This document shows, in pieces, positions 1 through 8,936 of a DNA stretch of 64,000 bases. Within the stretch, counting starts at the first letter, position 1. Every line of letters begins with the position of its first letter. A program made the translations under genes and the position numbers. The DNA is from an uncultured bacterium (lineage in GTDB: Bacteria > AUK180): NCBI GenBank assembly GCA_937863565.1, contig CALMGJ010000012.1, positions 62,001-126,000 on the forward strand, written 5' to 3'. The notes beneath the pieces are model-generated. The model made no database searches, was not told the origin of the DNA, and saw nothing but the letters and a program-made list of their open reading frames with translations.

Positions 1-114
1 TTCGGCATTTTCATAATAGATCCTGGCATTGTACAAGTGTTTATCGAATTCATCCAGAGAAAAAACAGCAACTGCGGTAAGAACGGCTAAGAAAACGAGA
101 AGGATACGTTTCAT
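1..114 (-). CDS. Partial CDS running off the left edge; secreted protein (MKRILLVFLAVLTAVAVFSLDEFDKHLYNARIYYENAE...)
   Basis: Translated by hand; ATG at 114 with AGGAG upstream (ctcct 122-126); signal-peptide-like N-terminus. Confidence 0.7.
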   Translation of the reverse strand, partial: MKRILLVFLAVLTAVAVFSLDEFDKHLYNARIYYENAE

Positions 115-372
115 ATAAAAACTCCTAATTTAAGTAAAATAACATGCATTTTCTATACCAAAAAAACCATTAACCAACATTTCCCAATAAACAGCAAATT
201 AATATAGAACCATATAAACATTTATACTATATTTTACAACATTTATCTAATTTTTTCAACACCATTTTCCAAAAAACTTCATTTTCAGCATTACATACGG
301 CTTCGCTTGATGTCAGCAGTCCGGGAATTTAAAAAGGTTCAAGGTGAATATCACGGTGCCGGGAAGCCAAGT

Positions 373-401
373 TTGACAAAATCCTGTGTTTGCACTATAA
401 T
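373..401 (+). promoter_or_regulatory. Consensus sigma70 promoter for queE (leaderless)
   Basis: TTGACA(373-378)-17 nt-TATAAT(396-401), then 5 nt to ATG 407. Confidence 0.85.
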
Positions 402-406
402 AAAAT

Positions 407-1048
407 ATGACAAAACATACTTTTCTGATCTCGGAGATCTTCGAATCGATCCAAGGGGAAGGTCCGTATGCCGGTTACCCTAAACTTTTCATTCGCCTTG
501 CCGGCTGTAATCTCAAGTGCCCTTACTGCGATACCAAAATGAAATTGAAGAGAAAAGCCGTAAAGAAGATCCTCTTCACCGAAGTTGTGAAAAGGGTGGA
601 AAAAAGCGTCTTCGACATTATCATCACGGGCGGCGAACCGCTTCTTCAGAAAGCAGCCGTTTTTGCCCTTGTGGAAAGATTCCCCGATAAATCTTTCGAG
701 ATCGAGACCAACGGGACCATAGAGATAACAAGAAAGTATAGGAATGTCATCTGGGCTTTAGATATAAAAACGCCCTCTTCAAAGGGATTTTTCAATGAGG
801 AGAACTTAAAACATATCAGACGCAGGGACTGGATCAATTTCGTGATCACGGATAAAAAAGACCTTGATTTTGCGAAAAAATTCGTAAGATCGGGGAAATT
901 GAAAACGGATTTCATCTATTTCACGCCGGTTTACGGGGATATGGACCACGGATATCTCTGGGAACATATAGTAAAAAGCGAGATGAAAAAGGTCCGCCTC
1001 GGTTTCCAGCTTCACAAACTTATTTTCGGGAAGAAAAGTGAAAAATAA
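407..1048 (+). CDS. queE: 7-carboxy-7-deazaguanine synthase (radical SAM)
   Basis: EIFESIQGEG, CNLKCPYCD (CxxxCxxC), TGGEP, ETNG, QLHK motifs; overlaps queC. Confidence 0.92.
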   Translation: MTKHTFLISEIFESIQGEGPYAGYPKLFIRLAGCNLKCPYCDTKMKLKRKAVKKILFTEVVKRVEKSVFDIIITGGEPLLQKAAVFALVERFPDKSFEIETNGTIEITRKYRNVIWALDIKTPSSKGFFNEENLKHIRRRDWINFVITDKKDLDFAKKFVRSGKLKTDFIYFTPVYGDMDHGYLWEHIVKSEMKKVRLGFQLHKLIFGKKSEK

Positions 1049-1718
1049 AAGATCGGTCGTCGTCGCGTCCGGAGGAATGGATTCGGCTGTTTGTCTTGCC
1101 CTATCCGTAAAGGAAGGGTATGAGACCGCGGCCTTTCACTTGAACTACCGACAGATCACGGAGAAGAAGGAGTTTGAGAGCTTTGAACTTCTTACAGCCC
1201 ATTACCGTATCAAGGAGAAGATCGTTCTTTCAACGGATGCTCTTTTCAATATTGGGGGCAGCGCGCTCTTCCGGGGCGGAACAGTGGGAAAAACGGACTA
1301 TCAAGGCATCTTGAAAAGGGATCCGAAGGACATCCCTCCTACATATGTCCCCTTCCGCAACGGCATTATCCTTTCGCTTGCCGCTGCCTGGGCCGAAAAA
1401 CTCGGAGCTTCCGTGATCTTTATCGGTGTTGCCGCGATCGATTTCTCGGGGTATCCGGATTGCGGTCCTAAATTCATCAAATCATTCTCCGCCGCGCTTT
1501 CAACGGGAACGAAAAACGGCATTACAGTCGAAGCCCCACTTCTTAAATTGAGCAAACAGGAGATAGTGAAAAAAGGAATAGGGCTTAAGGTGCCTTTTGA
1601 GATGACCTGGTCATGCTACAAGAACGAGGACAGACCTTGCGGCGAATGCGAATCCTGTATTCTGCGCGCAAAAGGCTTTACCCTTGCCGGCGAAAGGGAT
1701 CCCCTTATCAGCGGATGA
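1038..1718 (+). CDS. queC: 7-cyano-7-deazaguanine synthase
   Basis: SGGMDS PP-loop, TYVPFRN, GYPDC, C-terminal CY...CGECESC Zn site; GTG start. Confidence 0.95.
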   Translation: MKNKRSVVVASGGMDSAVCLALSVKEGYETAAFHLNYRQITEKKEFESFELLTAHYRIKEKIVLSTDALFNIGGSALFRGGTVGKTDYQGILKRDPKDIPPTYVPFRNGIILSLAAAWAEKLGASVIFIGVAAIDFSGYPDCGPKFIKSFSAALSTGTKNGITVEAPLLKLSKQEIVKKGIGLKVPFEMTWSCYKNEDRPCGECESCILRAKGFTLAGERDPLISG

Positions 1719-2767
1719 AACGCCCCGCGGCCGATAATTCCTACACACCCGTACGCTGCATCTTTAAAGCCCTTTTCAATAGGGCTACCGTATATTCCAC
1801 TCTGGGTTCATACGGCAATGCTTCCGCGGACTATGAAACTATGCGCCGGATGCTTGAAGACGATCCTATATCCCTTACCGTCCCGTATCGGAAAGCCCTT
1901 ATGAATTATGCCTATATGCTAATAGACAAGACCCGTGAATACGACAAGGCGGAAACTTTGCTTGAGCACTTCCGCGCTTCTTTCGGAAAGAAGCTTCATA
2001 TCGTATCCGTCTCGCTTTGCAACAATCTCGGGCTTATATTCCAGGCTCGCGACGGAAATATTGGAAAAGCCCTCGAATATTACAAGAAAGGGCTCAAGAT
2101 AACGGAGCGCATTGAAGATAAAACGCTTGAATGGGCTCTTAATATCAATATAGGCAGATGCCATCAGGACACGGGGAAATTCGATGAGGCGAAGGTCTAT
2201 TATGAACGCGCGCTTGCGCTTGCCAAAGCGAAGAACAATCCGGCGGATATCAGTTCCACCCTTTCTAATCTCGGCATCGTCCATGCGGAGAAGGGGGATC
2301 TCGAAAAAGCCATGCTTTTCTTCAAGGAGGCACGGTCTATGGCGGAAAGGATCCGTTTTCTCCATGTGATAGCATACTCGTCCCTCAATCTCTCGCATGC
2401 GCTTGAATTGTGCGGAAGATGGAGGGATGCGATCGCCGAATACAGAAAACTCTATGCGCTTACGGTAAAACAGGGCTATGCCCGTCTCGGGCTCACTGCG
2501 ATGGCCTCTATTGCGGAACTCAGCGTAAAAACGGGACATCTCAAGGAAGCGGAATCGGCATATAAAAAGAGCATCGCTCTTTCGGAAGCGCAGGACAATA
2601 AAAAGAAAGAGGCCTATCTTATTCTGGAGCTTGCCGAATTAATGGTAAAGTCCGGCAGGAAAATAAATGCGAGAGAACTTATAAAAAAAACAGAGACCCT
2701 GAATTCACATCTGAAGGACGATGTTATCGAAAATAAGATCTCCGAAATGAAAATCCGCATATCATGA
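1715..2767 (+). CDS. Tetratricopeptide-repeat protein
   Basis: Repeated NNLG/NIG...A..YY..AL units; start placed at the ATGA overlap with the queC stop (ORF track starts at 1613). Confidence 0.8.
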   Translation: MKRPAADNSYTPVRCIFKALFNRATVYSTLGSYGNASADYETMRRMLEDDPISLTVPYRKALMNYAYMLIDKTREYDKAETLLEHFRASFGKKLHIVSVSLCNNLGLIFQARDGNIGKALEYYKKGLKITERIEDKTLEWALNINIGRCHQDTGKFDEAKVYYERALALAKAKNNPADISSTLSNLGIVHAEKGDLEKAMLFFKEARSMAERIRFLHVIAYSSLNLSHALELCGRWRDAIAEYRKLYALTVKQGYARLGLTAMASIAELSVKTGHLKEAESAYKKSIALSEAQDNKKKEAYLILELAELMVKSGRKINARELIKKTETLNSHLKDDVIENKISEMKIRIS

Positions 2768-2873
2768 CCAATCTGCCGCGATCCGGCTTATGCTTCATGC
2801 GGATATTCATGCAAATAAAGCTTTATTTAACGCTATCGCTTAAATAAAAATCCCTTTCATTAAAAAAAATATT

Positions 2874-2882
2874 TGATATAAT
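2874..2882 (+). promoter_or_regulatory. Extended -10 promoter for glyQ (leaderless)
   Basis: TGaTATAAT, then 5 nt to ATG 2888; no SD. Confidence 0.7.
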
Positions 2883-2887
2883 CTGAT

Positions 2888-3751
2888 ATGGAATATTTTC
2901 AGGACATCATAAGGAAACTTCAGGATTTCTGGGCCTTGCGAGGTGCCAATATCCTTTTTCCATACGACGAGATGATGGGTGCCGGCACCTTCCATCCCGC
3001 CACTTTCTTCAATGCGCTTTCCGATGAACCTTATTCGTGCTGCTATGTCCAACCGTCGCGCCGGCCCAAGGACGGCCGCTATGGAGAAAATCCGAACAGA
3101 TGGCAGAAATATTATCAGATGCAGGTGCTGGTCCATCCGTCACCCGAAAATATCCTGGCAGAATACCGCGAGAGTTTGAAGGCGATATCGATCGATGTTG
3201 AAAAACATGATCTTAAACTTATGGAAGACGATTGGGAATCCCCGACCCTGGGCGCCTGGGGGCTCGGGTGGGAGGTCTGGCTCGACGGCCTCGAGATAAC
3301 CCAGTTCACTTATTTCAGGCAAGTGGGCGGCATCACTCTGAAGCGGACCCCCGTTGAGATCACATACGGCCTCGAGCGGCTTGCCATGTTCATCCAGGAA
3401 AAGAAAAGCATAGCCGAAATCGAATGGTCGCCCGGGCTTCTGTACGGAACCGTTCACCTTGAAGAGGAGAAGGACTGCTCGTTCTACAATTTCAAACACA
3501 GCGATCCGAAGGCGCTGTTTCAGCTTTACGAAATATACGAGAGCGAAGCTCACAGGCTTCTGAAACTCGATAATATCTTCTCTGCCTATGAGAATATGCT
3601 GAGATGTTCCCATACATTCAATCTCCTGGATGCCCGCGGCGTTATATCGGTAACGCAACGTGCGAATTATATAAAAAAGATCCGCGCCATCGCATCTGCT
3701 CTTGCCAAAGCGTACAGAAAGAGGAACGGTAAAGATGGAAATAAAGGGTGA
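2888..3751 (+). CDS. glyQ: Glycine--tRNA ligase alpha subunit
   Basis: GAGTFHPATF, RPKDGRYGENPNR, WESPTLGAWGLGWEVW, EITYGLERL. Confidence 0.97.
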   Translation: MEYFQDIIRKLQDFWALRGANILFPYDEMMGAGTFHPATFFNALSDEPYSCCYVQPSRRPKDGRYGENPNRWQKYYQMQVLVHPSPENILAEYRESLKAISIDVEKHDLKLMEDDWESPTLGAWGLGWEVWLDGLEITQFTYFRQVGGITLKRTPVEITYGLERLAMFIQEKKSIAEIEWSPGLLYGTVHLEEEKDCSFYNFKHSDPKALFQLYEIYESEAHRLLKLDNIFSAYENMLRCSHTFNLLDARGVISVTQRANYIKKIRAIASALAKAYRKRNGKDGNKG

Positions 3752-4088
3752 TCTCTACGATGTCCCGCTGGACAGCCTGATAGAAATGATAGGACTTCAG
3801 GAGAAGACCGGTTTTCTGACGATCACGCGCAACGAAGATGTGGCCGTGCTTTATTTTCTGGACGGCCGCCTGTGCGGCGCGGTCAAAGGCGATCTTGAAG
3901 GCGAGGAAGTGATATACAATATCCTCAATTGGACCACTGGCGCTTTCATATTCAATGAAAGAATGGTCTCTCCTGGCGAGAACATCAAAAGAGAGGGGCT
4001 CTCCGTATACAAGGAGGGCTTAAGGAAGTTATTCGTTTTTTCGGCTTTAAGGAACATTAACATAAACTTGAAGGAGGAGAAAAAATGA
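3735..4088 (+). CDS. Stand-alone DUF4388 / PatA-N-like domain protein
   Basis: MEIKGDL...L.SLIEMI...KTG.L...G.L..A...GEE.IY.IL.W..G.F.F pattern; start moved to ATG 3735. Confidence 0.75.
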   Translation: MEIKGDLYDVPLDSLIEMIGLQEKTGFLTITRNEDVAVLYFLDGRLCGAVKGDLEGEEVIYNILNWTTGAFIFNERMVSPGENIKREGLSVYKEGLRKLFVFSALRNININLKEEKK

Positions 4089-5164
4089 GGGACTTGATCC
4101 TGATAGTGAACCCCGGCTCGACTTCGACGAAATTCGGCGTGTATTCAATGGGGAAGAGCACCTGTGTTTTCGAAAAGGAGATTGATCATCCGAAAGAGGA
4201 ACTGGAGAAATTCGACGGCCTGATCGCCCAGAAGTCTTTCAGGAAAGACCTTGTTCTGGAATCCGTGAAAAAGAACGGGTATGCCCTGGATGATGTGGCT
4301 GCAGTCGTCGGCAGGGGAGGTCTGCTCAATCCTAAGGAGGGCGGTGTTTACAGGGTCAGCGAGGCTATGCTCAACGATCTTTCATCCTTCAAATACGGTG
4401 TCCATGCATCTAATCTGGGCGCTATCATTGCGAACGAGATAGCTTTGGAACTCAAAGTCGATTCATTCATCGCGGACCCGGTAACGGTAAAAGAATTCGA
4501 ACCGTACGCGTACGTCACGGGGCTTAAGGGAACGGTAAGAAAATGCAGGGCGCATGTCCTCAATTTAAGGCAGGTAGGAAGGATGCTCGCAGAGAAGATT
4601 GGGAAACCTTTTACTGCGACCGCCTTCATCGGCGTTCATCTCGGCGGCGGTCTTACTGTTGCGGCTTTGCGCAACGGCAGATTCATAGACGTCAATAATG
4701 CCCTTCTGGGCGAAGGACCGTTCTCTCCGGAAAGAACCGGCACGATGCCTTCCGAGGATATCATTGATATGTCTTTTTCCGGGCAATATACAAAGGAAGA
4801 ACTGAAGAAATTGCTGACTAAAAAAGCCGGCCTCATATCGTATCTCGGCACATCCGATTTCAGGGAGATACAGAAAAGGTATGAAGCGGGCGACGAGGAT
4901 GCGAAATTCTACACCGGCGCTTTTGCTTACAGGATAGCGAAAACCATAGGCGAAATGGCGACGGTTTTCAGCGGTAAAGTGGACGGCATATATATAACGG
5001 GAGGCATCGCGCGCGCGAAGTTCCTGATGGACATGATCACGGAGCGGGTATCCTTCATCGCCCCGGTTCATCTTTTCCCCGGCCAGTATGAGATGACAGC
5101 CCTCGGGCGCAATGTCCATATGGCCCTCAAAAAGGAGATCCCCATCAATGAGTACGACGGATAA
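4085..5164 (+). CDS. buk: Butyrate kinase
   Basis: NPGSTSTK, GRGGLL, HASNLG, HLGGG, GPFSPER, TGGIA; SD AGGAGG. Confidence 0.93.
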   Translation: MRDLILIVNPGSTSTKFGVYSMGKSTCVFEKEIDHPKEELEKFDGLIAQKSFRKDLVLESVKKNGYALDDVAAVVGRGGLLNPKEGGVYRVSEAMLNDLSSFKYGVHASNLGAIIANEIALELKVDSFIADPVTVKEFEPYAYVTGLKGTVRKCRAHVLNLRQVGRMLAEKIGKPFTATAFIGVHLGGGLTVAALRNGRFIDVNNALLGEGPFSPERTGTMPSEDIIDMSFSGQYTKEELKKLLTKKAGLISYLGTSDFREIQKRYEAGDEDAKFYTGAFAYRIAKTIGEMATVFSGKVDGIYITGGIARAKFLMDMITERVSFIAPVHLFPGQYEMTALGRNVHMALKKEIPINEYDG

Positions 5165-5690
5165 CGACATCATATTTCTTGACGGCAGGAAGATCTACCT
5201 GCGCTCGCCGGAGAAAAGCGATATTCCGCTTTTCGTCAGATGGATAAACGATGAGAGGATAAGGAAATTCCTGACGGTACGCAAACCGATCTCAACGGAT
5301 AAAGAAGAAGAGATCGTGAAAAGATTCAATACGGGGAATAATGTTCATCTCGTCATCTGCGAAAAGACGAAAAGGATCCCTGTGGGTTCGGTCTCCTATG
5401 AGATCAACTGGATCAATCGGCGCGCTGAACTGGGGATCATGATCGGGGAAGTTGCCCTGCAGGGGAAGGGTTACGGCGAAGAGGCCATGCGGATCTTCAT
5501 TGATTACGGGTTTAAAACACTGAACATGCACAAGATCGTTCTTGAAGTATACGCATTCAATGAAAGGGCAGTGAAATTATACGGGAAACTCGGATTCAAA
5601 ACGGAAGGGGTGTTCAAGGAGCATTCATACAAGGAAGGGAAATATCACGACCTTCTTTATATGGGCCTTATCGACCGCGACTGGAAGTGA
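5148..5690 (+). CDS. GNAT N-acetyltransferase, RimJ/RimL/SpeG-like
   Basis: QGKGYG acetyl-CoA motif, NERA..LY.KLGF..EG; start moved to ATG 5148 behind AGGAG. Confidence 0.85.
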   Translation: MSTTDNDIIFLDGRKIYLRSPEKSDIPLFVRWINDERIRKFLTVRKPISTDKEEEIVKRFNTGNNVHLVICEKTKRIPVGSVSYEINWINRRAELGIMIGEVALQGKGYGEEAMRIFIDYGFKTLNMHKIVLEVYAFNERAVKLYGKLGFKTEGVFKEHSYKEGKYHDLLYMGLIDRDWK

Positions 5691-6629
5691 TCAGTCGCCG
5701 CACTCTATCAAGGGATAGGTATAGGCGGAACCGCCTGTCTGTTTTTTCTCTATTGACCGTATATATTGTCCGCAATTCGAACCGATCTTATTCTCCTCAA
5801 GATCCCCGATGCTGACGATCGTATCATATCCGGCCTTCTGCAGGTCGCCCATGAGTTCGTGAAAACCCTCCTGTCCAAGAAATGAACCAATGCCGTTCTC
5901 TCTGGCCTTTAAGGTCGGATTGACCGGTGTGAATTTTAAAACGAAGATCTCCGGAGAAAAATACTGCATCAATGCGGGAATGCTGAACGGCGCTTCTTCC
6001 GTCAGGGCAAAATTCAAAGTAACCTTTTTAGGCGCGATCGCTTTAAAGAACCTTTGCGAATATTCAGCGATCTCTCTGTATCCCCACTTTTTAAACGGGA
6101 TGATCCTGTCCCGGTATTCCGCGTCAGTGGAATGAATGGAAAATTGAAGCTGGAAATCCTTCAAACCCTCTTTAAAGATAAGCTCAAGCAGCTGTTCGAA
6201 AAAATGTTCTCTCCCCGCCGGTGCGACCGTTGAAAGAGAAGGTATATAACTTTTTAATTCGAATATTCGGGGTATATCTGCTATCGCCTTCAGAATATCA
6301 TCATTAAAGGACGGCTCGCCTATACGGGCGAATTGGACCTTGAACTTGCCGCAGTCTACTTTGCTGCCGGGGAATCTCGCTCCGATAAGCGTTCTGACCT
6401 GAAAAAGAAGTTCTTCATAAGGGACCGGGCCGGAATATCCGCCGCCTGCATCGCAGAACGCGCAGCGCACCGGACAACCGTATAGGGAAGAGAGGATGAG
6501 CACCCATTTTTCCCGGATATTCCCCGTAGGCGTTGATTCCACAAATTCGATGGACCTCCCAGTCGATCCGTCCGTTGCGATAAAAACCGCAGCCACATCG
6601 TTTTGAGGAGTTCTGTAGATAACTTTCAC
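5691..6629 (-). CDS. RlmN/Cfr-like radical SAM protein (non-canonical)
   Basis: SSLYGCPVRCAFC, RIGEP, SLST, QFSIH, C-terminal NCGQ; GTG start at the GTGA overlap with the upstream stop. Confidence 0.8.
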   Translation of the reverse strand: MKVIYRTPQNDVAAVFIATDGSTGRSIEFVESTPTGNIREKWVLILSSLYGCPVRCAFCDAGGGYSGPVPYEELLFQVRTLIGARFPGSKVDCGKFKVQFARIGEPSFNDDILKAIADIPRIFELKSYIPSLSTVAPAGREHFFEQLLELIFKEGLKDFQLQFSIHSTDAEYRDRIIPFKKWGYREIAEYSQRFFKAIAPKKVTLNFALTEEAPFSIPALMQYFSPEIFVLKFTPVNPTLKARENGIGSFLGQEGFHELMGDLQKAGYDTIVSIGDLEENKIGSNCGQYIRSIEKKQTGGSAYTYPLIECGD

Positions 6630-7510
6630 CGAGAATCCCTCCCGCTTTCCGCTGCCGCTATCTCCATCGCCGCCTTTATTCCGTCCGCCCACGCGATCGA
6701 TGCCATGCGGAATCCTCTGTTCTTAACATCGCCGGCCAGGAATATCAGACCGTTCTTTTTCAGATACGGCATTTTCCGCCTGAACTCCGGACCGATAAAA
6801 GAAAGTTCGGGCTTTCTGCCGACCGCAAGGACCAGAAAGTCGGCACGGCATTCCTTCAGACCGTCCCCGCCTCTGAAAACAAGGCATATTCCACGTCCAT
6901 TTTTAACCATCTCTTTAAAGCAGAATCCCCTGAAGATCGAGATGTTGCGGTTTTCTAAAACTTCCTTTACGAGATGATCGCTAGCCGAGATCTTATCCCG
7001 AACGAAAATGCTGACCTTATTGTTTTTCCCAAGGACGATCGAATGATCAAAGGCCGCATCACCGCCGCCTATCACGGCAATGCTCATTCCACTTACTCTC
7101 CTCAGTTTGCCGATCCCGTAGAATACTATGTTCTCGCGGGCGGGAACCGCAGTGATCCCTCCATTCTCAGGGTATGTGCCGGTGGCTATAACGAGTATCC
7201 CGCAGCGGGTCTTCCCCCCGTGCTCTTTTTCGAGAAGAAATCCTCTTGCGCCATATGAGATGTCCGTGATACGGTTCTTCTCCAACTTGATGCCGAATTT
7301 TCGGATCTTCATCTTAAGGGCGGATATCAATGCCCCGGCTTTTTCCGCTCGACCCGAAAATGAATTCCCCAGAAGTGATGCCTCATGAAGAAGTCCTCCC
7401 ACGCGATTCCTCTCAAAAACGACCGGATTGAATCCGAGCATCTTCAATTGTACGGCGCAGCCGACGCCGGCCGGTCCCGCACCTATTACGGCAATATCAG
7501 TTCTTTTCAT
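6626..7510 (-). CDS. FAD/NAD(P)-dependent oxidoreductase, thioredoxin-reductase-like fold, no CxxC
   Basis: GAGPAG, ATG, GGGDAA and AGD motifs. Confidence 0.82.
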   Translation of the reverse strand: MKRTDIAVIGAGPAGVGCAVQLKMLGFNPVVFERNRVGGLLHEASLLGNSFSGRAEKAGALISALKMKIRKFGIKLEKNRITDISYGARGFLLEKEHGGKTRCGILVIATGTYPENGGITAVPARENIVFYGIGKLRRVSGMSIAVIGGGDAAFDHSIVLGKNNKVSIFVRDKISASDHLVKEVLENRNISIFRGFCFKEMVKNGRGICLVFRGGDGLKECRADFLVLAVGRKPELSFIGPEFRRKMPYLKKNGLIFLAGDVKNRGFRMASIAWADGIKAAMEIAAAESGRDSR

Positions 7511-8159
7511 AATATTCGAGGATGTCTTCAGTCAAAAAAGGATCGGAAAAGCCGTTCATGAGACCGAGTAAAGCGCACAAGTGGAGTTCTTCATTGAAAG
7601 TTGCCGTGCCGTCCACCGGTATGATGGTCTTATACCCGCGGATGAAAGAGGATCTTGCCGTAGATTCACAGCAGAGGTGTGTGCATAAGCCTGTTATGAC
7701 GAGCATATCGACTGCCTCGTTGCGCAAGATATTATCAAGTTCTGTTCCGAAAAAAGCATCATACTGCTTTTTTTCGACAACAGTGCGATCTCCCGGCGGA
7801 AGGAGCGTAGAGAATCCCGACATCGGCGAATCCCTTTGTAGGAGGTCTCTCCAGTATGAGGCCATCATCCCGGCATCCTCCGCCGTATTGACATGCCTGG
7901 TAAAAATAACGGGAAAACCCTTTTTTAAAAAAAGATCGCGCAATTCCCGGATCACAGGTATCACCGCGCCGGCCGACGGTATAAAAGCATGGGAACCGGA
8001 TTCAAGAAAATATCTCTGCATATCAAGGATGAGAAGGGCTGGGTGTTCCCCGAAGGGATTTCCTTTGGGTTTTCTTGAACGTTTGATGAGCTTTTTCAGC
8101 ATCGCCCTGCTTTTTTGCCTTATATTAGCGGCAGTAAAATATTCCTCTTTATTCAGCAT
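7497..8159 (-). CDS. Isochorismatase-family cysteine hydrolase
   Basis: LILDMQ (Asp), EKKQYDAF (Lys), THLCCEST (Cys); start placed at ATG 8159 downstream of TGcTATAAT. Confidence 0.88.
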   Translation of the reverse strand: MLNKEEYFTAANIRQKSRAMLKKLIKRSRKPKGNPFGEHPALLILDMQRYFLESGSHAFIPSAGAVIPVIRELRDLFLKKGFPVIFTRHVNTAEDAGMMASYWRDLLQRDSPMSGFSTLLPPGDRTVVEKKQYDAFFGTELDNILRNEAVDMLVITGLCTHLCCESTARSSFIRGYKTIIPVDGTATFNEELHLCALLGLMNGFSDPFLTEDILEYYEKN

Positions 8160-8243
8160 AAAATTATTATAGCAATTTTTGTAAAAAGACAAAAAATATG
8201 CATCTATTATTTGGAAAATAAAAGAAAATGTTTATAATAAAGT

Positions 8244-8918
8244 ATGATCAAGGCGATTTTTTACGATCTCGGGGACATATTCTACAATAATTACAAATGG
8301 CGCTTGGCCCTGTATAGGGAATTACACAGAAAATCTTTGTTCAAGGGTGATTTTACGGCCTTTTATCTGTTATACGAACGTTATGTGGATGCCGTGTATA
8401 AAGGGCAGAAAAAATACAGGGACGGGTTCAGGGAATTCTTCGAAGCAAACAGCCTCCCGGATTGGAACGATTTTTTCGAGCGTTATCTTGGCAGAACTAT
8501 CTCTAAACCATATAAAAAGACTTTGCCGGGCATCATCCCCACTTTGAAAAAACTTAAAAGTCTCGGAATAAAGAATATCATCATAAGCGATGCCACTTCA
8601 ACAGGAGAGCAGCTTAGAGAGAGGATCCTGAAAGAGCTTGGGGTCGCTGAATATATAGACGACGTGATCTCATCCGCCGAAGTGGGTTTTACCAAGCCTT
8701 CGCCGGAGATATTCGAACATGCGCTCAAGAAGAACGGGCTCGCGATCGATGAAGTGATCTTCGTGGCTCACGATAAAGATGAGCTTGACGGAGCGAGGAA
8801 GATCGGGATCCGCACTGTCGAATTCAATAATTTCCTTAAACTCCAGATTGAAACGGACCATAAGATAAAAAAATTCAGTTCTCTTTTTAAAGTGGTGCGG
8901 TCCCTGAACGAGATCTGA
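8244..8918 (+). CDS. HAD-superfamily hydrolase (phosphatase)
   Basis: YDLGD motif I, KPSPEIF, VAHD..ELDGA; TATAAT-N5-ATG upstream. Confidence 0.85.
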   Translation: MIKAIFYDLGDIFYNNYKWRLALYRELHRKSLFKGDFTAFYLLYERYVDAVYKGQKKYRDGFREFFEANSLPDWNDFFERYLGRTISKPYKKTLPGIIPTLKKLKSLGIKNIIISDATSTGEQLRERILKELGVAEYIDDVISSAEVGFTKPSPEIFEHALKKNGLAIDEVIFVAHDKDELDGARKIGIRTVEFNNFLKLQIETDHKIKKFSSLFKVVRSLNEI

Positions 8919-8936
8919 TCCCGAACGAAAGAAGAT

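Noticed and set aside
290-406. preQ1 or cobalamin riboswitch upstream of queE
   Set aside because: No recognisable consensus, and the promoter places the transcript start at the ATG, leaving no leader
1613-1714. Upstream extensions of ORF-track starts (also 3702, 5112, 6692, 8192, 29030, 43949, 62350)
   Set aside because: They overlap neighbouring genes or promoters; downstream starts fit stop-start overlaps, SD sites or -10 spacing better
407-2767. queC/queE as part of a dpd DNA-modification, Qat or CBASS defence system
   Set aside because: Canonical short QueC/QueE; no dpdA/tgt, ATPase or cyclase adjacent; the TatD gene is 54 kb away in a housekeeping operon
2770-2887. T-box riboswitch before glyQ
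   Set aside because: Region too short, no T-box motif, and the -10 box is directly before the ATG
7522-8172. Long antisense ORFs (also 19307-20008, 40343-41026, 46945-47682, 60459-61112, 61682-62347 and others)
   Set aside because: Shadows of well-supported genes on the opposite strand, with no motifs or initiation signals
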